Origin: Planctomycetota bacterium
GTDB taxonomy: Bacteria > Planctomycetota > UBA8108 > SXIK01
Assembly: GCA_965223265.1 (NCBI GenBank)
Contig: OZ244999.1
Coordinates: 5,019,386-5,083,385 of the forward strand
Length of the DNA stretch: 64,000 bases
Reading direction: 5' to 3'
The notes below the pieces were generated by a model. It saw only the letters and a list, made by a program, of their open reading frames with translations, was not told where the DNA came from and did not search any database. Shown one piece after another: positions 48,092-58,209 of this stretch; within the stretch, counting starts at the first letter, position 1; every line of letters begins with the position of its first letter. The position numbers and the translations under genes were made by a program.

Positions 48092-48506
48092 GAGCCGGCT
48101 CCTCATGTCGCCGACATGGAGCTCAGACTCGGGACAGCCCAAACACCCAAGAAAGAACTAGCAAGCATTAGAAGCAGCTGTAGATCGATCATCTCCGATC
48201 GGTCACGCGAAGCCCTCCGCACCTGGGACGCGGCTGAGCGACGCGCCGAGATCGCAAACACGAGTCTAACAAGCGCAGCGAGCTGACGCAAGTTATCGAA
48301 CCGCCGGACTGAACGCCACCGAGTTGTTCACGAACAACTCCCGGCGCTCGAGTCTACGAGAGACGGACAAAACAGAATAGAAAAGCCGAGGTTGTCCACC
48401 ACCACGTAAAATCGAGGGATCACTCCACCAACCACCAGTTCCTCGGTTCCCTGGGCTTTTCTATCTTTGTCTCTTAGCTCGCCTCGCTCTGTCCCCTAGC
48501 CCAGGC

Positions 48507-48854
48507 CTAGTCCTCACGGGCGCCGGCGAGAGGATTGCGCAAGAAACGTCGCCAACACGCCGGACAAAGGTCAAACGCGAACGTCCGGTGAACGTCGTCT
48601 TGAGCCTCCGTTGCGTCTTGTCGCTCAAGCGCCTCGATCGTCGCCTTCATCTCCGCTTTGAGATCCCGGGCGAGCGAGTCCGTAGAGATCTCCAGCACGT
48701 CGTAGGCGGCGAACCCTTCCACCTTCAGGACGTATCGAACGTCGGAATCGAGAAGGAGATTGTCGTTGCAAGAGTCGCAAACTAAGCCGTCCACCATCCC
48801 TCCTTCTCCCAAGCCGCTGACGCACTCGACCTCCACGAACAGCGCGCCCAACAC
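48507..48854 (-). CDS. Small acidic protein with a C-terminal 4-Cys zinc-ribbon-like motif, last gene of the ABC/GldG/DUF4340 operon
   Basis: CDSCND ... CPACW pairs; the protein is 115 aa and begins 32 bp downstream of the DUF4340 gene. Confidence 0.4.
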   Translation of the reverse strand: MLGALFVEVECVSGLGEGGMVDGLVCDSCNDNLLLDSDVRYVLKVEGFAAYDVLEISTDSLARDLKAEMKATIEALERQDATEAQDDVHRTFAFDLCPACWRRFLRNPLAGARED

Positions 48855-48886
48855 GCCGCGCCAACACTCAACCCGCGGAGCACACG

Positions 48887-50812
48887 CTACTGGGCGGCAG
48901 AGCCGGAACGCCGTTTCGTAACAGCCTGGAGGTGCTGGTGCAGCTTGTCGAAGCGAGAGGTGAGTTCCTCACTGAGACTGAAGAGCGGAATCTCAGGTCG
49001 CTCAACTTGGGCATAGTAACCCAAACGCCCGACACCATCTACGGGACGCCCGATGCGAAGCGAAAAGGTCTCTTGTCTTCGATCCCGAAGATAGACGATG
49101 CGGACCTGCCAAGCCTCTCCCGGTTCGGCCAAGCCCGTGACGGCGGGATCAACGGTTTCGAAGAACTGCTCAGCGCGCAGTCGGTGACGATCAGTCGCGT
49201 TGACCAGTTCGTCGACCAAACGGCTGTCAAGCTGTGCGCCGTCGACAAGGCTGCCGACCTCGAGCGCCCACGTTTCTTGTCCGACAGGTCGCAGAAGGTT
49301 CCAAAAACGACCGGCACGTCCGATCTGAATTTCGACAACGCCTGCGGCGTTGACGTCAGAGATCGAGCGATCGTAAAAAGTGAACGCTCCCCCACTCAAA
49401 ATCTTCGGCACCGGAGAGAACACCAAGTACCCCCCGACTTCGCTGCTACGCGCGGCAAAGAACACGTCGGAGTCGGCGTCGAGCGGATCGGTAGAGCGAT
49501 CACCGAGCAAGATCTCCTCCTGGCGGCCAGACTGCAACTTGACGGTGATGCGAATCGCCGCTGGGTCTAGATTGACAGAGGTGCGATCCAGAGCATCCAA
49601 GAACTTTTCGATCGGCATTCTTCCAAGCTCACCGATCAGGTTCGCGATCCGCTCTTCGTCGCCCGTGAAAACGTCATTCTGGGCAGCGCGGTGGACGCGC
49701 CAGATTTCTTTCGTACGCTGCGATTCTGATGGCTCTTCGACTTCCATTCTTGTCATGACGTACTCAGCTTCAGGAACGCGCGTCGAGATCGCCACACTCT
49801 TGACGTCGACGAAATCCCAGTCGAGCAGGTATCGACTACGAAAAAAATCTGCGTCCTTCGCTGCGTACGTAGCGACGTCATTCGCGGCGGTGAACACGAA
49901 CGGACGATCACGGTGGCGCACATGTACGAGCTTCCGTCCGCTCACCTCAAACGGCGGACTCACGTCGAGCGTCAGCGACTGTCCGCCTAACCGTTCGATC
50001 GTGAGAGTGATGGCGGGGTTATCGAGACCATACTTTGCCAGCTCTTCAGGGCGCTCCGCTGCTTCGTCGACAAAATCGACGACGGCCCAAGAGTTCAAGT
50101 CAGCCACGAGTTTTCCGACGTTCTCCCGGTCAGCCGGTACGTCAACAGGCTTGGTCATTCGCCACTCTCGCGATTCCTTGCCATAGGTGAGCTCCACCGC
50201 GTGGTCGGTGTGTATGTTCACTCGGCTCACCTCGTCGGGCGGGATTGGAACCAGTGCGCGAGAGCGCAGCTCGTCAAGTGTGACGACGAAAGCCTGCCGC
50301 ATGTCTTTGCGCGTCCAGAAAAACTCACCGTCGACACGCACAGCTGTGAAGTGCACGGAATCGTCCGGGTGATCATCCCCGATCTCGATAACGACCTCTC
50401 TTCCGGAGGCGGTCTTCAAATCAATCCGTGCGAACGCATTCTCTGCAAAGGCCTCCGCATCCTTATCTTCACGAATCTCACCGACGCGCACCATGTCGAC
50501 GATGGCGAAGATGAGCCCTTGTACCCGTGGGTGAAACGCTGGAAAGTGAAACGGCTCCACCACCCACCACCGCGGCAACTGTTGCTTGTGGCTTTCGTAC
50601 TTGAGTGCAATCGGACGAGCATCAACGCCAACTTCCGCGTCAAGGAGAGCCGACGGCCTGGCGATCGAAAGTGCGACGACATCGGACGGCTCCAGATCAG
50701 AGAACACACGTCCGCGTCGCTCCCAGACCGGTGCACTCATTTCGAAGAACCGAACGTAGAGAGTGAGGAGCACGGCGATGGCGAGCAGTTTCGCATTCGA
50801 TGCCCAGGTCAT
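48887..50812 (-). CDS. DUF4340-like protein, periplasmic partner of GldG-type ABC accessory proteins
   Basis: N-terminal transmembrane/signal segment (LLAIAVLLTLYV), about 640 aa of mixed beta-rich sequence. It sits immediately downstream of, and is translationally coupled to, the GldG-like gene. Confidence 0.6.
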   Translation of the reverse strand: MTWASNAKLLAIAVLLTLYVRFFEMSAPVWERRGRVFSDLEPSDVVALSIARPSALLDAEVGVDARPIALKYESHKQQLPRWWVVEPFHFPAFHPRVQGLIFAIVDMVRVGEIREDKDAEAFAENAFARIDLKTASGREVVIEIGDDHPDDSVHFTAVRVDGEFFWTRKDMRQAFVVTLDELRSRALVPIPPDEVSRVNIHTDHAVELTYGKESREWRMTKPVDVPADRENVGKLVADLNSWAVVDFVDEAAERPEELAKYGLDNPAITLTIERLGGQSLTLDVSPPFEVSGRKLVHVRHRDRPFVFTAANDVATYAAKDADFFRSRYLLDWDFVDVKSVAISTRVPEAEYVMTRMEVEEPSESQRTKEIWRVHRAAQNDVFTGDEERIANLIGELGRMPIEKFLDALDRTSVNLDPAAIRITVKLQSGRQEEILLGDRSTDPLDADSDVFFAARSSEVGGYLVFSPVPKILSGGAFTFYDRSISDVNAAGVVEIQIGRAGRFWNLLRPVGQETWALEVGSLVDGAQLDSRLVDELVNATDRHRLRAEQFFETVDPAVTGLAEPGEAWQVRIVYLRDRRQETFSLRIGRPVDGVGRLGYYAQVERPEIPLFSLSEELTSRFDKLHQHLQAVTKRRSGSAAQ

Positions 50813-50813
50813 T

Positions 50814-52349
50814 TCACTTTCGCCTCACAAAATACACGATCGCGCCAACGAGGACGAACAGGCCCGGAAACACAATCACCGGCACCCAAAAGAGAAACCT
50901 CTCGATTTGCCGGCTACTCCGAAGCGTCCGACGCGTCCACTCTTGGTTGCCGAACGTTGCTTTCTCTTCTTCGCCAGCAAGCCATGCCACCGCGTTCAGC
51001 GTGAAGTCACGGTGACTACGTTGCAGCAGGCTATGGTCGTGCAAAAAACTCGCCGACGAAACGACGACGAGTCGGTAGTCGCGGTGCTGAAAATCCGGAG
51101 GGGGGCGATCGGGGACAAACTGCGACAGCGCTGCACCCACAACGAAATCTCCCGGTTCCGGAAGTTGTCGCGTTTCCCGCGTCAAACGGTGGTAGTAGAG
51201 TACACCCTCGGTCTTCGATGAGACGAGGTCGAGAAGACGAGCAGCCTCGACACCGAGAGCTTTGGCTTTGAGGACGAGTGGCCGCGGCGCGAACATCATC
51301 ATCTCGAACGCGGCAGCTTGGGCGAATACGTCGGTAATCGGATGCGTCGTGCTGTGGCGCTGGACAATCGAATTCTCCGATTGCTGCACAGTGGCCGCCA
51401 ATTGACGGCGCTCGACGATCGAACCGGTCAGCGCCTCGATCCCCCACGACTCCAAAAGCGTCTCGATGCCGGTCACCTTCGGTCCGAGGGCGACGAAGAG
51501 ACGCCCACCTTGTTGCAGGTACGCCTCCAACACATCGAGCTCGTTTTGCGAGAAGGACTCCAGCGGTCGTATCACAAACAGGATAGCGCAGTCTGAGGGG
51601 ATGCTGTTGACCCGCGACAAAGCGAGCGGTCGCGCCTCGTATCCTGAGGTCTCGAGCTCCCGCTTCAGGGTCGCGGCGCTCGGCTCGGTCCCAACGACAT
51701 TCAAACGCAGCTCTTGCTTGTCCTGCGTGAAGTAAACAGGACGGCGCTGCAGATTGATGAGACGCGTGATCGCTGCGGTCAATGCCGACTCGCCGAGGAA
51801 CGCTTTCACCTCAGGTTCCTCAATGGCCGCGTCTCTCACCTCTCCGAACAGCGCAAGATCCCTCGGGGTCACCGTCTGACGGTACTCGCCTGCATCACCT
51901 GAGACGAAAATGAACCGATTCCGTTGAGTCACTGCTAGGTCGTAACGCTCCCGGACCTGCAACCAACGCCCATCTTCGACAAGGATATCGATCTCTTCCA
52001 ACTCAATGAGCGGCTGAACGGCCATGTATTCTCGCAGCAGCAAACGTGCACGCATCAAGACCTTAAGGTGAGCCCGCTCCAGGTTGCTCTGCGACGAGTA
52101 CAACTTCGGAAAGACGACCCGAATCTTATGGTTGACAGCAGCCAAGCGCGCGAGCGTTTCACGTGACAACGTATTTAAGCTCTCCGCAGTCAGATCGAAG
52201 CGGGCGGGGTGGCGAAAGATGATCAGATTGAGAATCAACAGGATGTAGAACGCCAGGAAGACGCCGACGAGCAGCTGTAGACGCCCACTCCAACGCTTGC
52301 CACGACTGAAAGTTTTCGCCCGTTTCACTTCCAACTCCTTCATCGCCAT
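50814..52349 (-). CDS. GldG-like ABC-transporter auxiliary component (ABC_transp_aux family)
   Basis: N- and C-terminal transmembrane anchors (LLVGVFLAFYILLILNLIIF ... VPVIVFPGLFVLVGAIVYFV) flanking a roughly 430-aa periplasmic domain. Position follows the permease gene. Confidence 0.65.
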   Translation of the reverse strand: MAMKELEVKRAKTFSRGKRWSGRLQLLVGVFLAFYILLILNLIIFRHPARFDLTAESLNTLSRETLARLAAVNHKIRVVFPKLYSSQSNLERAHLKVLMRARLLLREYMAVQPLIELEEIDILVEDGRWLQVRERYDLAVTQRNRFIFVSGDAGEYRQTVTPRDLALFGEVRDAAIEEPEVKAFLGESALTAAITRLINLQRRPVYFTQDKQELRLNVVGTEPSAATLKRELETSGYEARPLALSRVNSIPSDCAILFVIRPLESFSQNELDVLEAYLQQGGRLFVALGPKVTGIETLLESWGIEALTGSIVERRQLAATVQQSENSIVQRHSTTHPITDVFAQAAAFEMMMFAPRPLVLKAKALGVEAARLLDLVSSKTEGVLYYHRLTRETRQLPEPGDFVVGAALSQFVPDRPPPDFQHRDYRLVVVSSASFLHDHSLLQRSHRDFTLNAVAWLAGEEEKATFGNQEWTRRTLRSSRQIERFLFWVPVIVFPGLFVLVGAIVYFVRRK

Positions 52350-53086
52350 TTGCGAGCCTCGACGATACGAACCGAAAAGAGCAGGAACAACGCTGCGAAT
52401 GAAACGTAAAAGAAAACGTAGCGCAGGTCCACGATCCCGCGCGTGTAGTCAGTGCTGAAGTGAGAGGTGTAGCTGACATACCGAATCAATCGAACGACCT
52501 CAGGATCATGCCGAAAGAGGGCGTACAACATCGACACCAGCGTCAGCAGCAAATTGCCGGTGAGCGCGAGGATCGCAGCGATGAGCTGATTGCGCGTGCC
52601 GGCAGACGTCAGCAGTCCAATCGAATTGGTCAAGAGACCCAACGAGAAGAGACCGATGTAGACGGCGATCACCGGCCCCCAATCAGGACTACCGAGGACC
52701 TCGAGTATGAAAAGGAGCGGCAGCATCGTCAACCAAACGAACATGTAGAACGTTTGCGCGGCGAAAAACTTGCCTAGGACGACTTCGACCTCACGCACCG
52801 GCGCAGTCATCAACATCTCAAGGCTCCCGGTGCGTTTCTCCTCGGCAAACAGTCTCATGGTCAGAAGTGGCGAAAGAGGTAGGATCCAGATCAAGTTGAG
52901 ACCAAAGAGACTCTCCACGATGAGAGTGATTTGCTGAGGCTGCCCCGCGTGATAGCGACAGTAGTACAAAAACAAGATGCCGTTCGTCAGCGCGAACAGA
53001 AAGAGAACCACGTAGGCCATCGGCGAGTAGAAGTAGGCACCGAACTCGCGGAGAAAGATGGATACCGAGTTTCTCACAAGCGTCAT
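52340..53086 (-). CDS. ABC-2 family permease (GldF-like)
   Basis: About 248 aa with 6 predicted transmembrane segments. Lies between the ABC ATPase and the GldG-like gene. Confidence 0.75.
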   Translation of the reverse strand: MTLVRNSVSIFLREFGAYFYSPMAYVVLFLFALTNGILFLYYCRYHAGQPQQITLIVESLFGLNLIWILPLSPLLTMRLFAEEKRTGSLEMLMTAPVREVEVVLGKFFAAQTFYMFVWLTMLPLLFILEVLGSPDWGPVIAVYIGLFSLGLLTNSIGLLTSAGTRNQLIAAILALTGNLLLTLVSMLYALFRHDPEVVRLIRYVSYTSHFSTDYTRGIVDLRYVFFYVSFAALFLLFSVRIVEARKWR

Positions 53087-53179
53087 AGGTGTGCGCGCCA
53101 GTCGGCGGCCTCGTCACTTCTTCTTTTTTCTGAGCGGAAATTCGAGATCAATCTGTCGCGGCGCGACGGTTGTTTCCAA

Positions 53180-54121
53180 CTACGCCACGGCCTGCTCGAT
53201 GATATCCACGAACACGTCCTCGAGCGGGCGTTCTTCGCTGCGCAGTTCGCGCAGACTCCAGTCATGCTTGCGGACCGTCTCGAAGACAAACGGGCGAATG
53301 TCAAGGTCACCGCTGACGTCGATGACGAAACGACGATACCCATCATCGACGTCAGCCGAGACTTCAACTCGGTGGATTCCGTCACCGTGCCGGAGAGCGG
53401 TTCTTGCGTCCTTCGCCGGCGCGGCGATCTCGGCGATGACACGCAGTGAGCTACCGAATCGTTTGCGGAGCCCAGAAGCCGCATCCCTAGCGACGATCGT
53501 GCCCTTGTTGATGATCACAACGCTCGAACAGACCAGCTCGACCTCGCTGAGGATATGCGTCGACAGAACGACGGTCCGGTCTGCACCCACATTTTTCAGC
53601 AATTGACGGAACTGTCGCACTTGCTCGGGGTCAAGCCCGACGGTCGGTTCATCCAAGATGAGAACCTTCGGTTCCGCGAGAAGCGCGTCGGCAAGACCGA
53701 CGCGCTGACGATATCCTCGCGAGAGCGTGCCGATGATCCGCCGCCCCACAGCCTCGATGTCTGTGGCGCGCAGCGCTTTCTCGATCAGCCGCCGGCGATC
53801 GCGCCGTGGGACCTGCTTAATGCGAGCTCGGAACTTCAGATACTCCGTCACGCGCATCTCCGGGTAAAGGGGGACGCCCTCCGGCAAGTATCCCATCGAC
53901 TGCCGTACGCGTACGGACTCCGTGCGTACGTCAGCACCAGCGACGCGAACCGTGCCGCTGTCGCCAGGCAAAAAGCCCGTAATGATGCGCATCGTCGTCG
54001 ATTTACCGGCGCCGTTCGGCCCGAGAAACCCGAGAATCTCCCCCTCCTGGACAGAAAAAGAAACCCGATCGAGCGCCTGCACACCACTGAACGACTTGGA
54101 AAGCTCGTGGACTTCAATCAA
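53180..54121 (-). CDS. ABC transporter ATP-binding protein (GldA-like)
   Basis: Walker A GPNGAGKSTT; signature LSRGYRQRV; Walker B LILDEPTVGLD; H-loop STHIL. Confidence 0.9.
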   Translation of the reverse strand: MIEVHELSKSFSGVQALDRVSFSVQEGEILGFLGPNGAGKSTTMRIITGFLPGDSGTVRVAGADVRTESVRVRQSMGYLPEGVPLYPEMRVTEYLKFRARIKQVPRRDRRRLIEKALRATDIEAVGRRIIGTLSRGYRQRVGLADALLAEPKVLILDEPTVGLDPEQVRQFRQLLKNVGADRTVVLSTHILSEVELVCSSVVIINKGTIVARDAASGLRKRFGSSLRVIAEIAAPAKDARTALRHGDGIHRVEVSADVDDGYRRFVIDVSGDLDIRPFVFETVRKHDWSLRELRSEERPLEDVFVDIIEQAVA

Positions 54122-54436
54122 CAGACGTCTCCATGGGCCGGTTTATCTCAAAGGGAGGAGGAGCCAATGGCTGTGAGCGACCATTGTAGAGAGCACGACG
54201 GCGTTTGCCAGACGCTAGGTAGCTGCACACGACTCTGAATGAGCCGGCCATTGACGGCCGCAGTAGCGGCAACTTGAGCAGGCATCCTGTCCAGACGAGA
54301 ATCGAGCGGGCAACGTTGCATGGATTCGAAGGAGCCGCAGCGGCAGGTTGGTGAAAACGGGGCAGGGGCGGGTGGAAGAAGGTCAAGTGCGGCCTGAGCC
54401 ATCTAACAGCCCAGGGAGAAGGACAAGGCGGGAGGT

Positions 54437-55888
54437 TCAATAGGAGCGGCGTTCGCGCGAGGAGGCGATGCCTTCAGCCTCGCGATACTTTGCGACTGTG
54501 CGGCGAGAGATGTGAATCTGGTGCTGTTCGGCGAGAGTTCGCGCAATATCGATATCGCTGAGCGGCTGTTCCTTGCTCTCCTCGGCGATCATCTTTTTGA
54601 TGCGCTCGATAATGCTGCCACGCGCCTCGGTGCTTCCATCGGACTTCGTTGCCCCTCCAGTGAAGAAAAACTTCATCGGATAGATTCCACGCGGCGTCTG
54701 CATGTATTTGTCGCTGATAGCGCGACTGATCGTCGAGACATGCACGCCGACACGTTCGGCAACTTCGACCATCTTGAGCGGCTTGAGGCGAGAGACACCG
54801 TGGTCGAGAAACCCAGCCTGGATCTCAACCAGTTCGTTCGCAATGCGCTGGAGCGTTGACTGACGTTGCCGGATCGCGGCCATGAGCCATTCGGCACCAT
54901 CGATCTTCTTCTTCAGATACTTGCGGATCTCGGGGTCACTACGCTGCTTGTAGAGCGTGTGGTAGTGGGGACTGATACGGAGCCGAGGCAAGTAGTCCGC
55001 CTCCACGCGCACGACATACTTTCCCTCGACCTCCTCGACGATGACGTCGGGCTTGATGAACCGAGGCGTTTCGCCACCGAACAACAGCCCCGGCCTGGGG
55101 TTCAAACTGGCGATGTTCTCGGCGGCCACCTTGACCATATCGATCGTGACCCCAAGACTCTTCGCGATCTTCGGCAAACGGTTGTGCCCCAGATCGGCGA
55201 GGTGTTCCCGCACGATTCGCTCTTCGAGAGGGTATTGCTGAGGATCCCGCCGAAGCTGCAGCAACAAGCATTCCTGGAGATCTCGTCCGCCGATTCCTGG
55301 AGGGTCGACTCCCTGGACGACGCGCAGTGCCCGCTCGAGATCTTCGAGGGAAGGCCGCGGCTCTTCAAGCGACGCGAAGATCTCATCGAGTGAATACATG
55401 AGGTAGCCGCGATTGTCGATGTTGTAGATGAAACTCCGACAAAGGTCCCTGATGCGGTCGAGTCCGGTTTCAGTACCTGCAAGTCGCGCCAACTCTTTGG
55501 TATCGAGGAGATCGACCTGAGTCTCAAGGTGCTCTTGGAGAGACTCTGGACGCCCCTCAGTGTTGCTCAGTGCCTCCAGCTTGCCGTCTCTCTCGCCGGA
55601 ATATGAACGCCGCGTCGACGCTTCCTCGCGAGCATAATCCGTCCAGCGCTCGAACCGCTCCTCGAAGTTGTCACCGCTGGGATCACGGTCCTCGAGCGAC
55701 TCGCGCTCGGTGTCCTTTGGCGCCTCCGCAACCTCGAGTGCGACGTTGTTGCCCACTTCGGTCTCGATGCGCTCTTCCAGGTCGAGCGAGTTCAGGCACA
55801 GAATCTCCATCGACATGTACATCTGCGGAGACAGTGTCTGAATCTGTTTGATGGTCTGCTGCTGAGAGAGACCAAGCTCCATTCTCAT
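54437..55888 (-). CDS. rpoN: RNA polymerase sigma-54 factor
   Basis: N-terminal Gln/Leu-rich activator-interacting region (MELGLSQQQTIKQIQTLSPQM...) and C-terminal RpoN box ARRTVAKYRE. Confidence 0.9.
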   Translation of the reverse strand: MRMELGLSQQQTIKQIQTLSPQMYMSMEILCLNSLDLEERIETEVGNNVALEVAEAPKDTERESLEDRDPSGDNFEERFERWTDYAREEASTRRSYSGERDGKLEALSNTEGRPESLQEHLETQVDLLDTKELARLAGTETGLDRIRDLCRSFIYNIDNRGYLMYSLDEIFASLEEPRPSLEDLERALRVVQGVDPPGIGGRDLQECLLLQLRRDPQQYPLEERIVREHLADLGHNRLPKIAKSLGVTIDMVKVAAENIASLNPRPGLLFGGETPRFIKPDVIVEEVEGKYVVRVEADYLPRLRISPHYHTLYKQRSDPEIRKYLKKKIDGAEWLMAAIRQRQSTLQRIANELVEIQAGFLDHGVSRLKPLKMVEVAERVGVHVSTISRAISDKYMQTPRGIYPMKFFFTGGATKSDGSTEARGSIIERIKKMIAEESKEQPLSDIDIARTLAEQHQIHISRRTVAKYREAEGIASSRERRSY

Positions 55889-56086
55889 ACGCTGGAAGCC
55901 CTAACCGAAAGCCTGAGGTCGCGGACCCCACGGGGGATCCGACGCTTGAGACCGCAGGAATTAGTATAGCAGTGAAGCCCCCGTGGTCGACAAGGCACTA
56001 TGCCTAAGTTTATCCAATTAAACAGCTTACAACAAAGGCCGAGGCGTCACCAAGGGCCAAACGAGCCTCATTTATAAGCAAATTCC

Positions 56087-57688
56087 TTACCGTGCGACGG
56101 TTTTTTCCGTCCGTGCCGGGCGCCGACGCACCGTTCGCAGGCCGCCGCGCAGCACCGAAAGACAGAGCAGAGCAGGGGCAAACCAGTGTCCCCCGGCACC
56201 ATACAGCGTCGGCATTCGCCCCGGCCGCACCTCTTTGACCACGACCTCGCGCGACAAGATGTTCTCGCCCTGGTCGAATCGTCCACTAGCATGCACCACT
56301 CCCGACGGCCCTACGTTGGTGCAGCGCACCAAAGGTGTCCGATTCTCCACCACCCGCAACTGCAACACCGCGGCGTGCTGCGGAATGTGAGCCGTGAGCC
56401 CGTACCAGATGTCCTCCGTGATGTTGACCATGAAATCTACGCCGCGAGAATTCTGGCGGACGAACTCCGGCAGAATGGCTTCATAGCAAATGAGACTGCG
56501 AAATTGCGAATCCCCCAGCTTCAGCCGCGAGTTCTTCTCGCCGGCGGCGATCGTGCCGACGGGAATGTCAAAACGCTCGAGGACAGACTCCGGCAACAAG
56601 GTCGCAAACGGTATCACCTCCCCGAATGGCACGCGCACGATCTTTTCATAAAACTCCGGTGTGCGCCCAGGGACGAGGTAGACGGCGACATTGGAGAGAG
56701 GTAGTTTGCGTCCAGCAACAAACCCGGTGCCGCCGGCGAACAGCGGGACCCCAACGTCGGGCCGCTCCACCCCAAAGCTCCGAAACCCCAACCATGGATC
56801 CGCCCCCGCAGTCAGGTTGAAGACCGCGTCGTCCCGAATCCCTTGGCCGACTCGTCGCGCCTGAGAGATGGCGCCTTCCGGCCAGACCACGAGGTCAACC
56901 TCGCCGTCGCTCAGGTCGGTCAGCGTCTTCTGGGTGAGTCGCCGGTAGGTTTCGAGACCGGCCGCCAACCGCTCACCAAATCCAAGTGCGCCCTGAAGAA
57001 GCAGGACGCGAATCGGCTCGCGAGACTGCTCAAACCGCTGCACCTGCTGCAGACGGATCGACCCGTAGACGTTGGCGAACACAAGCGCGACGATCCACGT
57101 GGCGACGCTCTTCCACGGCAGCGGCAGGCGCCGGTGACGCGCCCGCCAAACGAGAAAGAGAACCACGTTCGTCAGCAACATGAGCGCCGTCAAACCACTC
57201 GCCCCGAAGAGATCAGCACACTGCAGGAGAGTCTCCCGTGGCGCCAAGGCGACACCGAAATGCCACGTCCAGAGGCGCGGAAAGTAGTGCTCGACGCCGA
57301 CCCAAAAGGGCACGACCCACAGAATCGAGGTTGCGCCCCGGCAGCGCCCCAGTACCCCCCCTAAAAGAATCCACGGCAACATCGAATACGTCAGCCAGAA
57401 GAGAAAAGCCACGACCGCAAGCACGCGGGGCATCTCCGTGAAGACGCGGGCGGCGTGATAGATCCAGATGAAGCCGCCCGCTTCGATCGCACAGCCGAGC
57501 GCGGCGCCGAGCAGGATTCCGCTCCACCCTCCCCGGCCTGCGGCTGCAACGAGAAACGGCACCAGCGCGAACCATGCGAGGACGTCGAGGTGCCACGCGC
57601 CGCCGTACTGCGGAAACGCGAGCACGAAGAGCAGGCTCGAGAGGAGCGTCGCCGCGGCCTGGCCGCGAGAGACTGTGGCGACGGGCAT
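56087..57688 (-). CDS. lnt: Apolipoprotein N-acyltransferase
   Basis: N-terminal polytopic membrane domain plus CN-hydrolase domain with the E...K...C triad context (VVWPEGA, ...LICYEAILPEF). Track ORF is 550 aa; the alternative start MPVATV... is at 57688. Confidence 0.85.
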   Translation of the reverse strand: MPVATVSRGQAAATLLSSLLFVLAFPQYGGAWHLDVLAWFALVPFLVAAAGRGGWSGILLGAALGCAIEAGGFIWIYHAARVFTEMPRVLAVVAFLFWLTYSMLPWILLGGVLGRCRGATSILWVVPFWVGVEHYFPRLWTWHFGVALAPRETLLQCADLFGASGLTALMLLTNVVLFLVWRARHRRLPLPWKSVATWIVALVFANVYGSIRLQQVQRFEQSREPIRVLLLQGALGFGERLAAGLETYRRLTQKTLTDLSDGEVDLVVWPEGAISQARRVGQGIRDDAVFNLTAGADPWLGFRSFGVERPDVGVPLFAGGTGFVAGRKLPLSNVAVYLVPGRTPEFYEKIVRVPFGEVIPFATLLPESVLERFDIPVGTIAAGEKNSRLKLGDSQFRSLICYEAILPEFVRQNSRGVDFMVNITEDIWYGLTAHIPQHAAVLQLRVVENRTPLVRCTNVGPSGVVHASGRFDQGENILSREVVVKEVRPGRMPTLYGAGGHWFAPALLCLSVLRGGLRTVRRRPARTEKTVAR

Positions 57689-58209
57689 CCCTGGAACCGA
57701 AGCGGACTCCGCCTCCCCGCGGCGGCGCGCTGACGACATTCAGCGTCTCCCCTTGAATGCGCAGCGCTCGGGCAGACGAGCGAGGCTCCTCATTCGTCGT
57801 TCGCTCAGCTCGGCAGTCGGCCGGGCCGAACAAGCGCGCAAGCGCCGTCGCGGCGATGAGCGATGCTCCCCAGTGGCCGATAATCTGCGCCGTTTCGCGG
57901 CCTGTGCCGGCCGCAGCTCAACGTCGAATTCCAACATGTTGCTGGCGTATAGATGACCGGTGATCGTCATAAATCAAGGCACTACACCCTCTTTTCTTGA
58001 TTTCTCGACAACAAGACGGTAGGTAGACCCGAATACCGCGTGCGCTGGCGAGAGGAAATACCGAGCGTGCGCGTGGACTGAGCCTGTGCAGCCTTCTCTC
58101 TGTGAGGTCAACGCCCACGCGCCCCGGCAGGGGGACCCTGGAACCTTGCCACCGGACTGACGCGACAGCGCCGCGGAGCGCGTCCGACGGCCCTGGCTGA
58201 AGAGAACGA

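Noticed and set aside
47844-48161. 105-aa plus-strand ORF spanning the tandem repeats
   Set aside because: The protein is a translation of the repeats themselves (RRSLICRVTVTRRSLICRVTV...). No ribosome-binding site, no coding signal.
54114-54440. 108-aa minus-strand ORF in the rpoN-ABC intergenic gap (candidate hpf-like gene)
   Set aside because: Pro/Arg-rich product without the ribosome-hibernation-factor fold pattern; probably non-coding. I list it only because hpf commonly follows rpoN.
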